From Octopus vulgaris (taxonomy: Eukaryota), in NCBI GenBank assembly GCA_951406725.2, contig OX597821.1, positions 87,110,001 to 87,174,000 on the forward strand: DNA of 64,000 nucleotides, written 5' to 3'. Below are positions 24,091-38,208 of this stretch, piece after piece (within the stretch, counting starts at the first letter, position 1; every line of letters begins with the position of its first letter). Made by a program: the position numbers and the translations under genes. The notes under the pieces are model-generated. The model ran no database searches and was not told where the DNA came from. It saw nothing but the letters and a program-made list of their open reading frames with translations.

Positions 24091-25029
24091 CACCCCCATA
24101 TTTACTCCACTTTAGTGACTCAACTTTAGCATTGTCATAAAATTAGTGCCCATCCAGGATATTCTGAAGCACCCCTAGGCAACAAAGTCTAGCGACAGGC
24201 CAGTCCCTCTTTGACAGAAGATATAAAACTCAATACATGAGTATACATACATTCCCCGGCCCCATTAAAAAAAAAAATCTGTTGTAATTTATGTAAGTGA
24301 CTCAAGGGTTGAAACTTTCACGTCCGCTATTTATTAAACGCTTCATTATCATCCCTTGTGAAAAAAAAAAAGGGATTAAAGGGCCAAGATCAACTTTTTG
24401 TCAATTATAAAAATATATATAAGCAATGACATACCAAAAGGATGTGCTGTCCGTGTTGGTCTACTCCCGTAAAAACTCAACATAATATACATCAAAAGCG
24501 CCACTCTTCCCATTTCTAACCACGCTATAATATAATATATAATACATTTATGCAGGCTTGTGTGCATGTACACACACACACAGATGCATGAAAGAAAGAA
24601 ATAACCACCCATGTTTTTATGAATGAATATGTGTCGATTTTTTTTTTTCAATGCATTATTATGACTAACATTTGTTTCTCTTTGTTTACATTGTGATACA
24701 CCCATCCTTTAGCAAAAAATTCCAAAGCAGTTTCTGGTTTCCAAAGAGTACGGATTGTTGCTCAATCTCAAGGGTGATTATTATTATTATTATTATTATT
24801 AATAAAGAGATAGGAATGTAGACATACCCCTTTCTATTGTCAACAAAATAAAAATCTAACTTTATAAAAACACTTAAGATAATTATTGAAATAAGAACTA
24901 TTCGACTCGGGGCTTCTGAAAGATGTCTTCGTTCTGTTTAAAGAACTCTTGAAAACAACTCTATAAAGGCTTCTGAAGTGATATGAACCATCAACCCTGC
25001 CACCCCCACCGCTCAAAATTAGCGCTACC

Positions 25030-25552
25030 AAGGCTGACGACCAATGCTTTGTGAACAAATTTGGTAGACGGAAACAGTGTTGAAGCCCATCGTATATGTG
25101 TTTGTTTGTGTGCGTGAGTCCTCAACTTGACAAAAAAAAATTATTTACGTTCCAGTAACTTAGCGATTCAGCAAAAAGGAACCAATTCAATAAGTACTAG
25201 ACTTCAAAAATAAGTCCTGGGTCGATTTGTTCGATTAAGGCAGTGGTTCTCAACGATTTTTTTTTTTTACCTATGGACCCCTCCGATTCGTATTTTACTC
25301 GGATAGACCCTCACAGTCATTCGATGTTAAAAATATCCCGTTATATTTTCATGAATAAATATTATTTGGAATTGTATTTTAAACAAATTTGGTTAAAATA
25401 CATTGTAAGAATATCACAAATTCATTGCTCATAAATTTTAGCAACAAAATCTTCTGGATCGCCAAGAGTCATAGGGACCCCGGTTGAGAACCACTTTCAA
25501 AGCAGTGCACCAGCATGGCCACAGTTCAACGACTGAAACAAATAAAAGATAT
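25030..25552 (+). mobile_element. Old SINE B interrupted by a hAT-like MITE
   Basis: SINE B body to TTCGATTAAGG (25240); tail resumes AAGCAGTGCACCAGCATGGCC at about 25500. Confidence 0.75.
25241..25496. mobile_element. hAT (Charlie-like) MITE
   Basis: TIRs CAGTGGTTCTCAAC / GTTGAGAACCACT. Confidence 0.75.
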
Positions 25553-26109
25553 AAAGTGACTAATGAGACGAGCAGCGAGTTTCTGGCATTGTAGCATCGC
25601 ATAATGCTTTCTGAAGACTACACTAGTGTTTTACGCCAAACATGGTCAGAAATACTTCCGTTCAGAAATTAGTGTTAATCTTGAAGCAGCTGAAGAAATA
25701 TCAATAACGCATTAATTGTAAAGAAATCAATTGTTCAAAGTAAGTAAAACAAGCAGATATAAAGGAATACTTATGAGATGAATAAAATAGAAGATTCTGA
25801 TGAAACTTAAACGCACATCTCCAAGAGGATGGAATATGTTTAGGAAATGTAATTGTTACACATTCATATCTATGTGTATATGTAGGTATACGTGTGTAGA
25901 ACACCCCCCCACTTTTAGCACTATTTGTTACTAAACAGTATGAGCTGTGTCTAAAGCGGATACGCGAATGTGTATCACTCCGCTGCATATTGACAGTTCG
26001 TAAAACAAGTTAAGCAAAAATAAACACGTAAAACAATAACAATGCCTTCATTGAGTTGTCTATTATCCCATCAAGAACGAAACAATGCATAACAGTAGTG
26101 TTGTGTAGT

Positions 26110-26533
26110 CAGCGCTGGATTAACCATTAAGCGAAATAAGCACGTCCTTAGAGCATCAAGGGAAGGCGGAGCACCACAGAAATGGTAAATGGTTTACAAT
26201 ACAAAAGAAATCACTTTCAATTTGCTAAAATAATGTTCGATGTTATTTATATGATCGGAAATATAATTTCGAAGTGTTCATGGTGTTATAGTAAGGGTCT
26301 GATCAAAAACTTTGCAATTAAAAAAAGTAGGGAAATTCTTTTCAAATATAAGTAAAGTGGAAGTATACAAAAATAATCATGATTTTTCTTTTTTATTGTT
26401 AGTTTTGTTTCATTTTGAAAAATGAGAATTTATTTTATGGTTTATTATTGTTTATAATTTGAACTACTTTTATACGGGGTCACCAAAATCTTATAAGTGC
26501 TTAGGACCTCTGTGGATCTTAATCGGATCCTTG
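26110..26533. mobile_element. Degenerate hAT-like MITE
   Basis: Ends CAGCGCTGGATTAA / TTAATCGGATCCTTG, with subterminal TAAGCAC / GTGCTTA; AT-rich interior. Confidence 0.4.
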
Positions 26534-26699
26534 TCATTACACTACGATGTTAATGAAGAGATGCGTGTTCAAGTCCTGCCAGTTACTCGCATTTCAGAGA
26601 AGTTAGGAATTCATCAAGAACAATATGTAAGCAATGTCACCTAATAAGATAAGAATTGTTTATTTATAGGCGCAAGCAATCTTTCATGTAAAATTAAAT

Positions 26700-27200
26700 G
26701 TGAGAGGTCAAGACGCAATTCGTTATGTCTAATTTGATAACTTAGTCTCAAGATAGATTTAGATGAAAATTTACTTATATCATTTTCAGCGTCATATTAT
26801 ATTTATGAGCAACTTTTAAGAATGTAAATGAATTTGTGTTATCTTCCTCTTTGGTATTAGCACAAATGGTGACGTCATCTAAACAGAAGTACGTGTCTTC
26901 CAACATGTTATTAATAAAATAGTCTGTAATCCGTTGGAGACACATAGCACTGTTTTGTAAGTTTGTAACTAAGGCGTTTAAACCCGATACAATCGACTGT
27001 TTGCCTCGTAAATACTTTATCCTTGGAATGCAACGTAACATTGTGGTACGCACTACGGAAGTCGATCATACTAAATGTTTTGTCGGACGATATTTTCTTG
27101 GCTAAGTTGTCTCAGTTAAGAAGTTTGTTAAGCATATAAGTGGGTAAATTTATTAATACTTTGGAAGAAATCAACGGATGTTGCACTGCTGCCGAAGAAG
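26700..27200 (-). pseudogene. Decayed Ty3/Gypsy reverse transcriptase
   Basis: Minus-strand frames give FSMIDFRSAYHN (cf. FS.IDL.SAYHQ) near 27040-27075 and CLQRITDYFINNMLEDTYFCLDDVTICANTKEEDNTNSFTFLKVAHKYNMTL (cf. FQR.+D...YLDD+.I...T.EEH..NL..FL); frameshifted, and the YxDD motif reads CLDD. Confidence 0.8.
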
Positions 27201-27677
27201 AGAAAACGTTTTAGAGGTTCGATTTCACTTCAGTGAAGATTATTACGCCGTTTTGAACAGAAAGAATAGAGCTATAATCTGAGAACCTTTCATGGCACTT
27301 TCTAAAACATGAGCTCGATCTACTACATTCGAAGTCAACGTTCGCGTTTTGTTTTCCAACAGTCTGGTTCGTATACCGGCATAAGAAATCCTGGTTATAA
27401 ATAAATCACAAATATGCATCGTCTCTGGTTAGGTCATCTGTGATGCCTTTAAAGTTACGTATAAGTCAGGTTTCTGAGAAGACCTTACGTATCTATCAAT
27501 TAATTGGTCCAGTCGATTGTTTGCAAAACGGCGAGCTACACTTGCGTTGGCTTGTTCAGTGATTGCGTATTTTTGAAGCGGTTAAAGGCATCAGTGTAAG
27601 GAGTAAGCTGGGAATTAGTTTAAAAATTTTCTGACTAAACAGGGTATATATACATATACATACATACATCTACGTCT

Positions 27678-28203
27678 GTTTGTCTGTCTGTCTGTATGTA
27701 TGTAAGTATGTATGTATGTATGTATGCATGTATGTATGTATGCATGTATGTATGCATGCATGCATGTATGTATGTATGTATGTATGTATGTGTGTATGTA
27801 TGTATGTATGTATGTATGTATGTATGTATGTATGTATGTATGTATGCATGCATGCATGTATGTATGTATGTATGTATGTATGTATGTATGTATGTATGTA
27901 CGTATGAATGTATGTATGTATGTATGTGTGTATGTATGTATGTATGTATGTATGTATGTATGTATGTGTGTATGTATGTATGTATGCATGTATGTATGCA
28001 TGTTTGTATGTATGTATGTATGTGTGTGTATGTATGTACGTATGTATGTATGTACGTATGAATGTATGTATGTATGTATGTATGTATGTATGTATGTATG
28101 TATGTATGTATGTATGTATGCATATATGTATGTATGTACGTATGAATGTATGTTTGTATGTATGTATGTATGCACGTATGTATATATGTACGTATGTATG
28201 TAT
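27678..28203. repeat. (ATGT)n microsatellite of about 500 bp with recurring variant blocks
   Basis: Directly visible. Confidence 0.95.
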
Positions 28204-28819
28204 AATTCATCTGTGTGAAGGTAAATGGGTACACACGCGCGTATGCATGTGTGTATGTGTGTGTAGGGGGTGGGGGGGCAGGCGTATTAAGTAACCAAAT
28301 TAACAAGTTAACAAGGTAGACTAGTTTCTAAGATGATAATGCAAGATGATGATGATGATGATGATGATGATGACGATGATAAATGTGTCGATGACAACAA
28401 CCCCAGGGATGTTGATACCCTATCTATCAGCTATAACAAGACCAGCCAGCTGAGAAATTATTGTTTTGCCTATCGTATGACGAATGTATACACCTGACAC
28501 ACATACCAACTGTTATACAATATATATGTCGTGCATATATATTGTATATTAAAAGATTTACATATTCAACTACATTCATGCTACACACACACACACACAT
28601 ACACGCACATACACACACGTACGCACACAATTCTCTCGCTTTGTCTCACCTATTTCCACACAGTGTGTATGTGTGTGTGCATGAGTGTGTGCGTATATAT
28701 ATAAATACACACATATGTACAATCACACATGAATAAACAGTTTGTAATTATGGTAAAATACTACAGAAGGAAGATGCAAAAAAACCTTTGTATGTGTCTA
28801 TTTGTCAGTCTGTCTCTGT

Positions 28820-28997
<178 letters not shown>

Positions 28998-29678
28998 CCA
29001 AGATACATAGTACAAAGCACACACAGATCAACAATTACATATACAAACCCACACATACGCATATACATATGTACACACACAGATATGCACAGTGTCATAC
29101 TATACATATATCCTCATAAATTTGGTGGATTCTTGACAAACCAGAAAAAAAAACAACCTCTAAACGAAAAGAAACACCAGTACATCCTGAAAACTGAATG
29201 CTTTTGAAACTAAATGCAAGAACATGTTTTGAAGGTTTAATCATTCTAAATAGGAAAGATATACAGATTTTCTTTGAATAGTGTAGGGTTCCAAAGCATT
29301 TAGAATGACAGAGATGCCATCTTAAACTGGCATCTTCAGTGAAAACATAGAGAAAATTCTTCTGTTCATTTAAGTAGGGAGGAGGTAAATGGTGTAAAAG
29401 GGGTCACACCCTGTTTTATGATGGGGTGAAACAAGGGAAAAAGAGAAAAAAAACGGGGGGGGGGGGGCACAAATGCGTGGAGTAGTTGTTGCTTGAGAAA
29501 CACGCAAGAAACTGAAGTTAGCTGCTCAAAGTGAAGCTGCTGTATAATTCTATATATTTTGGTACGGTAAAAGAAACATCTTACCACAGCTAAACAGAGA
29601 TTGCTAAATAGATAGATAGATAGATAGACAGACAAATTGAAAGACAGACAGACAGACGGACAGATAGATAGATAGATA

Positions 29679-29907
29679 GGCGGCGAGCTGGCAGAAACGT
29701 TAGCACGCCGGGCGAAATGCGTAACCGTATTTCGTCTGCCGTTACGTTCTGAGTTCAAATTCTGCCGAGGTCGACTTTGCTTTTCACCCTTTCGGGGTCG
29801 ATAAATTAAGTACCAGTTACGCACTGGGGTCAATGTAATCGACTTAATCCATTTGTCTGTCCTTGTTTGTCCCCTCTATGTTTAGCCCCTTGTGGGTAGT
29901 AAAGAAA
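29679..29907 (+). mobile_element. SINE family C inside a (GATA)/(GACA) tract
   Basis: Full colinear copy flanked on both sides by (AGAT)n. Confidence 0.9.
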
Positions 29908-29915
29908 CAGATAGA

Positions 29916-30035
<120 letters not shown>

Positions 30036-30104
30036 ACAAATGGTAACAATATCCTCAGAACTCTAAAGAAAATAGATTTTACTGTGGATTGTACCTGGCG
30101 ATGT

Positions 30105-30300
30105 ATTATGTATCAGTGGCACATCAAAAGCACCCAGTAGTCTGTGGAATGGCTGGGGTTAGGCATCCAGCTGTTGAAACCATGCCAAAGGAGATATTGG
30201 AACTTGGCACAATCCTTTGGTTTGTCAGCTACTGTCAAACCATCCAGTCCAAGCCAACATGGAAAATGGACATTAAACGATAATTATGAGGATGAAAATG
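30105..30300 (+). mobile_element. Old RTE 3' end
   Basis: GTGGCACATCAAAAGCACCC...GGCATCCAGCTGT.GAAAC...CATGGAAAATGGACATTAAACGAT. Confidence 0.7.
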
Positions 30301-30311
30301 AAGAGGATGGT

Positions 30312-30699
30312 GGTGTAAGCACTCCGTCGGTAACGACGATGAGGGTTCCAGTTGATCCGAATCAACGGAACAGCCTGCTCGTGAAATTAACGTGTAAGTG
30401 GCTGAGCATTCCACAGACATGTGCACCCTTAACGTAGTTCTCGGGGATATTCAGCGTGACACAGAGAGTGACAAGGCCGGCCCCTTGAAATACAGGTACA
30501 ACAGAAACAGGAAGTAAGAGTGAGAGAAAGTTGTGGTGAAAGAGTACAGCAGGGATCACCACCATCCCCTGCCGGAGCCTCGTGGAGATTTAGGTGTTTT
30601 CGCTCAATAAACACTCACAACGCCCGGTCTGGGAATCGAAACCGTGATCCTATGACCGCGAGTCCGCTGCCCTAACCACTGGGCCATTGCGCCTCCACA
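30312..30699 (-). mobile_element. SINE family A, full length
   Basis: Reverse complement of 5312-5699; TSD AAGAGGATGGT (30301-30311 / 30700-30710). Confidence 0.92.
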
Positions 30700-31332
30700 A
30701 AGAGGATGGTAATGATGCACCAGAAACAGGGAAAATAAAAGGAGAGAAAAAGCTGCAGTTCTGACGAGAGAAGGGTCATGTGCTCAACTTGCAACTGGCA
30801 CTAAAACAGGGGTCTATCACAGTACAGTTGGCACCAATGAAGGAATATCATAGTAAAGTACCACAGACAACTTTCATACAATTATTAAATGGTACTTGAG
30901 GAAGATAACTTGGTAATGGATGTTGGTATGAAGTTTGTTGAATTTAGAATTAGTTATTGTAGATGCCAACCAACACTGCCTAAACTCAGAATCCAGGTAA
31001 ATTAGTAAGGTGGGCCAGAACTTTTGGAAGGCTCTGTACTGAGGATAAATTTAGGATTAGTTTAACTTAGCATTGCGAGGTGACTAACGAGTTGGAATAC
31101 TCAGCTCTAATTACTGTTCCTTTGCATACAATTTGTGGCTTTTGTAAATCTTAATAATTATTATGATGATTAAGGGTCATGAACTAGAAGAACTGGTTGA
31201 GTGCTAGGCAAAATTCTGTTTAGTTATTTGTTATGTCCCTTCATAGTCTCAGTTTAAATTCTGTTGGGGTTGATAAAACATACCAGTAATATACTAAGAA
31301 CTAAATCAAGTGAATCTACACTTTCTGTTTAA

Positions 31333-31946
31333 TCCTTTAGTATTCAGATTACACAAATGTGATGCTTATTTATTCACATTATTAAGAATTACTCAGGCAT
31401 TGTCTTGTGCTTTTAAGAATTCAATGATGTGATTACTCTTTACTCTCTTTTACTCTTTTAATTGTTTCAGTCATTTGACTGCCTTTAATCAAGCAACTCG
31501 ACCCCGGGACTTATTCTTTTGTAAGCCCAGTACTTATTCTATCGGTTTTGTTTTGCCGAACCGCTAAGTGACGGGGACGTAAACACACCAGCATCAGTTG
31601 TCAAGCAATGCTAGGGGGACAAACACAGACACACAAACACAGAAACACATATATACATATACATATATACGACAGGCTTCTTTCAGTTTCCGTCTACCAA
31701 ATCCACTCACAAGGCTTTGGTCGGCCCGAGGCTATAGTAGAAGGTACTTGCCCAAGGTGCCACGCAATGAGACTGAACCCGGAACCATGTGGTTGGTAAA
31801 CAAGCTACTTACCACACAGCCACTCCTGTAATTGTATATTTTTCGAATGGCTTTGTTGAGTAAGCATGTGATGCAAGATCTGGCCATCTTGACCATAAAA
31901 CAGGTAGAATATTTGGGCTGGATATGGCCAGTTTAAATGCTTTAAG
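31333..31946. mobile_element. Degenerate piggyBac-type MITE (P1) interrupted by SINE B
   Basis: TTAATCCTTTAGTATTCAGATT...ATGCTTATT and CATAAAACAGGTAGAATATTTGGGCTGGATATGGCCAGTTTAAATGCT match the reverse complement of 1143-1796. Confidence 0.65.
31435..31828 (-). mobile_element. SINE family B (subfamily shared with 34700 and 48626)
   Basis: Diagnostic AAGCCCAGTACT, GTGACGGGG and AGCAATGCTAGG variants. Confidence 0.9.
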
Positions 31947-33114
31947 TGTGTAGCCATATGGCAATGTAATAAATAATTGATACCATGATGGTGGTCATGA
32001 GGAATTTAATAGAGCAGTCATGGACAAACTGCCATCCGTGGGTGGCATGTGACCAGCAAGACCTTCTGAATGATATATGTTATAAAAAGTTACTTTGAGT
32101 TGCTTTAGTAGTGCAGATGACTTGATGATGAGTCATGTCTCTCAAAATCCACATCTCAAAAATGGTTTTGCAGTTATGAAAGTTTGAAGCTGCATTGTAC
32201 AGAGTTCAAATCCAATTAGGTTTTATCATCCTTCTTCATGTTTCAGAAAAATAATTACCTGCGAGATTCTAGACACAATTTATATATATATTTCTGCTTT
32301 CTACAAAATGTTCTTGTGTGAAATAAATCCGAAATCATTGTTATCCACTTAATTGTATATTAAAAAAAAAAAAATTCACATATATAAAAGATTTTAGTTC
32401 CTATAGACACCTTTTATATAAAATTCTTAGAATATTCTTTTAGAGAAGAAGATTAAGTGCGAAAAATACATGAGGGTGGGGAAACAAGAGCATTCAATGT
32501 TTATGTAAAGCTACAGATTAATTTTAAAGTGGCTTTACCTAATTTTGCAACTGTATCATACACGTAACTCAACTTAAAAGTCTTATGTCTTTTACATGTA
32601 AACTAATGGTGGTATGTTTTGATTTAATCCCCAACATAACATATCAAAATACTATGTGTGCATTTGAATGTATGCGCAGATGCACAAACTATTAGATAAC
32701 TAGTTGCTGTTTGCTGAAAACTGTATAGGAAACACCGAAGAAGAATAAAGGAATCAGGAAAACAAAAAGGACAGAAGCAATATCAGTGCCACTGAGAAAT
32801 CCAATACTGAATAAACAATGTACAGGGAATGATTGACAACTGTGTTTATACAATAGCATTAGACTTACATAAACAATGGGACACAAAACATACAACTCAT
32901 AGAGATCAACTGCATCCAATAAAAACACAGCACAGACATCATGGTGGTATAGAATATTATCCTACATGAATGTAGCGAGTTTCGACTGATGAGGTTTGAA
33001 AGCTTCAACCATTGAAAGATGATTTAAGTTTTCTTCCTGGAAAGCAGACAAAGTATAGAAAATGGTTGGAATTATCATCTATCTATCTATCTATCTATCT
33101 ATCTAATATATCTA

Positions 33115-33241
<127 letters not shown>

Positions 33242-33982
33242 ACATGCATACATACATATATATATATGTGTGTATGTTTATATGTGTTAGATGTTGTAAT
33301 AAAACTTGGTGTGTGATAAAACTGAATGAAAATAGGATACACCCACGGGGCTATATATTATAAGATACATTCATGGGGCAGGTTAAGTTGAATAAAATAG
33401 ATTTAAGAGAAATGTAGAAGAAAGAAAGAAAATAGATAAAGTAAATATGAAATGTACATATGCGTGGGTGTGATGTGAGTATGTGTGTCTCTCTCTCTCT
33501 TTCTCTCTCACTTGCTGTCTGTCTGTATGTCTGTCTGTATGTATGAATGTATTAAATTGGTGGCCAAAATCTGCTGCAAGGTGAAATCATTTGTATGAAT
33601 ACATTACACTTTCAGAATTTCAATTACTTACTGACTATGATTTTGGTGTTCTGGATTCATTAGCATAATGTTATGTGGTCATATGCAGTAGGTTATATAA
33701 ATGATGATGATGATGATGATATTTTCATTCGTCTAACAACCTTTGTTCTGCATTAGTGTGGCTCTGGATAAGGGCCATATTTGAGGCAAGAATTTTGTGG
33801 CTAGATGCTCTTCCTGTTGCCAACCCTTACCTGTTTTTCAAATAAGAGATTTCTTTTTTTTTATATTTCACAGGTCTTTGAAAGTGTAGCGTCACTACTC
33901 ATCATATCAACAAGGAATATAAACACCATTCATTATTTTACTCAAAGCTATAGGATGTCAGTATTCAAACATATTTCCATGC

Positions 33983-34017
<35 letters not shown>

Positions 34018-34068
34018 CAACCACGGGTATGTGGATACAGACTTTGCTATATTACCACAGGGTCTTAA

Positions 34069-34288
34069 CCCTTTCGTAACCGTATTTATTTTGAGATGCT
34101 CTATATTTCTTTGAATTACTTAAAATATAACAAAGAATTTAGTAAAATAACTTAGTTATCATTCAGCTAGTGTTACAAACATAAATTGTGACTAAGGTTT
34201 GTTGGAACATTTTAATTCAAAACTTATGAAAACAAGATATTTGTACTCAGAGCCAGAGCCAGTTTCAGCCGGGTTGGTAGCGAAAGGG
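34069..34288 (+). mobile_element. piggyBac-type MITE (P2), intact
   Basis: TTAA|CCCTTTCG...CGAAAGGG|TTAA, 220 bp. Confidence 0.9.
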
Positions 34289-34453
34289 TTAAGATTGTTA
34301 AAGTTATCTTTACAGATTTTCTATTGAAATTATAAACTAGCACTGATTTGCTTTGATATTTCATATTCAAAAATCTGTAGAGATGACTCTAACAAGGGAT
34401 TAAATAGCACTGCTAACACAGTAGGACACAGCATTGACTTACAAAGTGTTTAA

Positions 34454-34673
34454 CCCTTTCGTTACCAACCTGGCTGAAACCGGCGCTGGTTCTGAATACA
34501 AATGTTTTGTTTTCATAAGTTTTCAGTTAAAATCTTCCACCACACCTAAGTCACAATTTATGTTCCAAACACTAGGTAAATGGTAACTAAGTTATTTTAC
34601 TAAATTCTTTATTATATTTAAACTAATTGAAAGAAACACAGAGCATCTCAAAATAAATACAGTAACGAAAGGG
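34454..34673 (-). mobile_element. piggyBac-type MITE (P2), intact, inverted relative to 34069
   Basis: TTAA|CCCTTTCGTTAC...GTAACGAAAGGG|TTAA, 220 bp. Confidence 0.9.
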
Positions 34674-34699
34674 TTAATATACTTTGTACTATATTATGG

Positions 34700-34912
34700 T
34701 TACTCTTTTACTCTTTTACTTGTTTCAGTCATTTGACTGCGGCCATACTGGAGCACCGCCTTCAAGTCGAGCAAATCGACCCCGGGACTTATTCTTTGTA
34801 AGCCCAGTACTTATTCTATCGATCTCTTTTGCCAAATCGCTAAGTGACGGGGACGTAAACACACCAGCATCGGTTGTCAAGCAATGCTAGGGGGACAAAC
34901 ACAGACACACAA

Positions 34913-34943
<31 letters not shown>

Positions 34944-35115
34944 GATATACATATATACGACAGGCTTCTTTCAGTTTCCGTCTACCAAATCCACTCACAA
35001 GGCATTGGTCAGCCCGAGGCTATAGTAGAAGACACTTGCCCAAGATGCCACGCAGTGGGACTGAACCCGGAACCACGTGGTTGGTTAGCAAGCTACTTAC
35101 CACACAGCCACTCCT
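34700..35115 (-). mobile_element. SINE family B, full length
   Basis: Colinear; short flanking repeat TGGTT on both sides. Confidence 0.92.
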
Positions 35116-35575
35116 GGTTGCATAACGAAATATGGTATCCCTACAAGTAATTAACAGGCAACTAAGTATAAGACTCTTCAATGAATGAGATGCCAGCCAG
35201 TTGTGGGTTCAATGTACAGGTGAGTCTGGCACAGATTCGAGTTGAGGGTACTGCAGCATTGGGAAATACAGTATCTTGCTCAAGGACACAAGGGCATTAC
35301 CTAGCTGGAGAAGTGAACCTACGACCTAATGATTGTGAATTACAAACCTAAGCCACCATAGCATGAGTGTGTGTGTGTTTGTGTGTGTGTGTACTGTGTG
35401 TGAGTTTGTGCATATATGTGTGTATGTATATATATTCATGTTCTTATATGTAGGTATATGTATGTAAGCATATATGTGTGTGTGTGTGTGTATGTGTGTG
35501 GATACAAACATGTATATATATATATATATGTATATATGTATATATATATATATATATGTATGTTTATATAAATAT

Positions 35576-35629
<54 letters not shown>

Positions 35630-35706
35630 CTGTGTATATATATATATTTATATATATATACATACACAGCTCTTAATTGAGATCTTCAAACAAACGTTAT
35701 ACAAAC

Positions 35707-35741
<35 letters not shown>

Positions 35742-36896
35742 TGTATGTATGTATGCATGTGTGTGTGTGTATGTATGTATGTATGTATGTATGTATGTAT
35801 GTATGTATGTATGTATGTATGTATGTATGTATGTATGTATGTATGTGTGTGTGTATGAAGAAGATCTAAATGAAAAGCTGAGTAAACATAGCTGTATGAA
35901 TACCATATCCTGATGTGAAAGGGTGATATTGTTAGATACAATGTCTAGAAGTTGCTGATAGCACACCTGTATAAGCTTAGAAATATTATAAAAGATTTGA
36001 CAATTGATGAAAGGCAGGTAAAACAGATAAGCGATTTATGCCACACACATATACTGATGAACTGAATAACTATTTCCTGTTAATTATTTGTAATCAGTCT
36101 CTTGTATCAATCAGCATATCATTGACTCTATTGATTTAACTTATGGAGGTTTTGATTCTGATGCCTTTCTCAGGAGCATTAGTGGTAGAAGGCAAACTGG
36201 TTCTAAAAACCAGGTATAACTATGTTTAGGTTGTTTGGGAGTTTATCTGATAATTATAGCACTTAATGGAATGGCTTGTAACATAAAGCTTAGACATAAA
36301 GACAAATAGAAAAATAAGCAAGCAGACAAATAAATTATTCAGTGATACACAGCCTAGTTGTTAGGGCGTTCTCTTCATAATCATAAAAATGTTTGGGTTC
36401 AGTTCTTATAGTAGGTATAGCATGTTGTGTCCTTGAGCAAGTCCCTTCATTGCAGGTTGTTCTAGTTTACTCAGTTGAGACTGTGTAGCAACTGAGCTGT
36501 GCTGCAGTTCTTTCTTCTTTTATTTGGCATGAAACTGGTTGTACCACTGAGTCAAAGGGTAGGAGAGTCGAGATTGAGTCTATGTCTATACAGCTAAAAC
36601 AATTAGCAGAAACATAGTACATGTTACTAAGCCATTCTTGTCCACAGGTGATGACTAGCTCTTTATGTACACCACACACACACACACAAACTCAAGCACA
36701 TGTTGGCGCATGGCTACATGGTTATGAAGTTTCTTTCTGCTCAAGTGATCTCAGGTACCATCCCATTGTGCACCACTTTTGGGGAAGTATTATTCTGCAA
36801 CAGATTCTGGCTGACCATTACAGTGTGTGTGAAGTTTGATGGAACTTTATAGAAAGTGTGGCTGTATGGTATAAATAGACAAATAAATAGGTGCAG

Positions 36897-37060
36897 CAGT
36901 GGCTGTGTGGTAAGTAGCTTGCTTATCAACCACATGGTTCCGGGTTCAGTCCCACTGCAAGGCACCTTGGGCAAATGTCTTCTACTATAGCCTCAGGCCG
37001 ACTAAAGCCTTGTGAGTGGATTTGGTAGACGGAAACTGAAAGAGGCCTGTTGTATATATG

Positions 37061-37129
<69 letters not shown>

Positions 37130-37350
37130 TTGTGTGTTTGTGTTTGTTCCCCAACATTGCTTGACAACTGATGCTGGTGTGTTTATGTCCCCGAAACTTA
37201 GCAGTTAGGCAAAAGAGACAGATAGAATAAGTACTAGGCTTACAAAGAATAAGTCCTGGGTTCGATTTGCTATAACTAAAGGCGGTGCTTCAGCATGGCC
37301 GCAGTCAAATGACTGAAACAAGTAAAAGAGTAAAAAGAGTAAAAAGAATA
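36897..37350 (+). mobile_element. SINE family B, full length (preceded by a decayed head at about 36705-36860)
   Basis: Colinear with other B copies; (TAAAAGAG)-type tail. Confidence 0.9.
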
Positions 37351-37853
37351 AATATATAGAAGAAACTTCATACAATCTGGTTTTGGTACCGTAGCTCTGA
37401 GTTCAAATCCTACAAATCTTTATTTACTTCATATATCCAGTCAGAACTGACGGAAATTTGTATGATAAATAAGAGATGGTGAAGATGATTGTCAGCAGTT
37501 CAAATTCTTCTGGTAGCTTTCTGCTAGCTCAGGCACTAATCATGTTTCGTAATGATGGAAGTGCTCTATGACACATCCAGCAATCTCATCCCTTCGTCAC
37601 TAAGATTTGATGCATATTTATGGCAACCACTATTAATTTCTATCCTTCCTCCTCACCTATGTTCTTTCTTGTCTCTTCTTCAACTGTGTCATCATCCTTT
37701 TTCTTTTTCTTTCCCCCTCCCACCACCCCTCATCTCATTCTAATAGAGTTATTTAAACAACAACAATAACAACAACTACAAAAAAAAATCAGCAGAGCAA
37801 AGTATGATAGGATTGCTAGGAAATTTCTGTATTATCCCTGCGCTACAAATTAG

Positions 37854-37854
<1 letters not shown>

Positions 37855-37917
<63 letters not shown>

Positions 37918-38165
37918 TTTGTGTGTGTATTGGATGGGTCGGTGTGAGTGTGTATATATGTACATGTATGCCTGTGTGAGTTTATGTGTGTGTATGTGTG
38001 TATGCGAGTGTGTATGTGCATGTGTGTGGGTGTAAGTGTGTGTGTATGTCTGTTTGTGAATCCATGTATGTGTGTGTGTGTGTATGTGTGTGTATGCGCA
38101 TGTGTGTGGGTGTAAGTGTGTGTATGTGTGTTTGCATGTGTTTGTGCATCCATGTATGTGTGTGT

Positions 38166-38205
<40 letters not shown>
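37855..38205. repeat. (TG)n tract with an internal ~80-bp duplication
   Basis: GCATGTGTGTGGGTGTAAGTGTGTGT...ATCCATGTATG occurs at about 38018 and 38098. Confidence 0.85.

Positions 38206-38208
<3 letters not shown>

Noticed and set aside
25895-26093. Possible solo LTR (TG...CA with AATAAA) near the Gypsy RT remnant
   Set aside because: No second LTR, PBS, PPT or clear TSD visible.
32985-33005. CTGATGAGGTTTGAAAG as a hammerhead core
   Set aside because: No convincing stem I/II pairing or cleavage triplet; other isolated CTGATGA hits (1898, 5119, 36054, 47814) also lack the structure.
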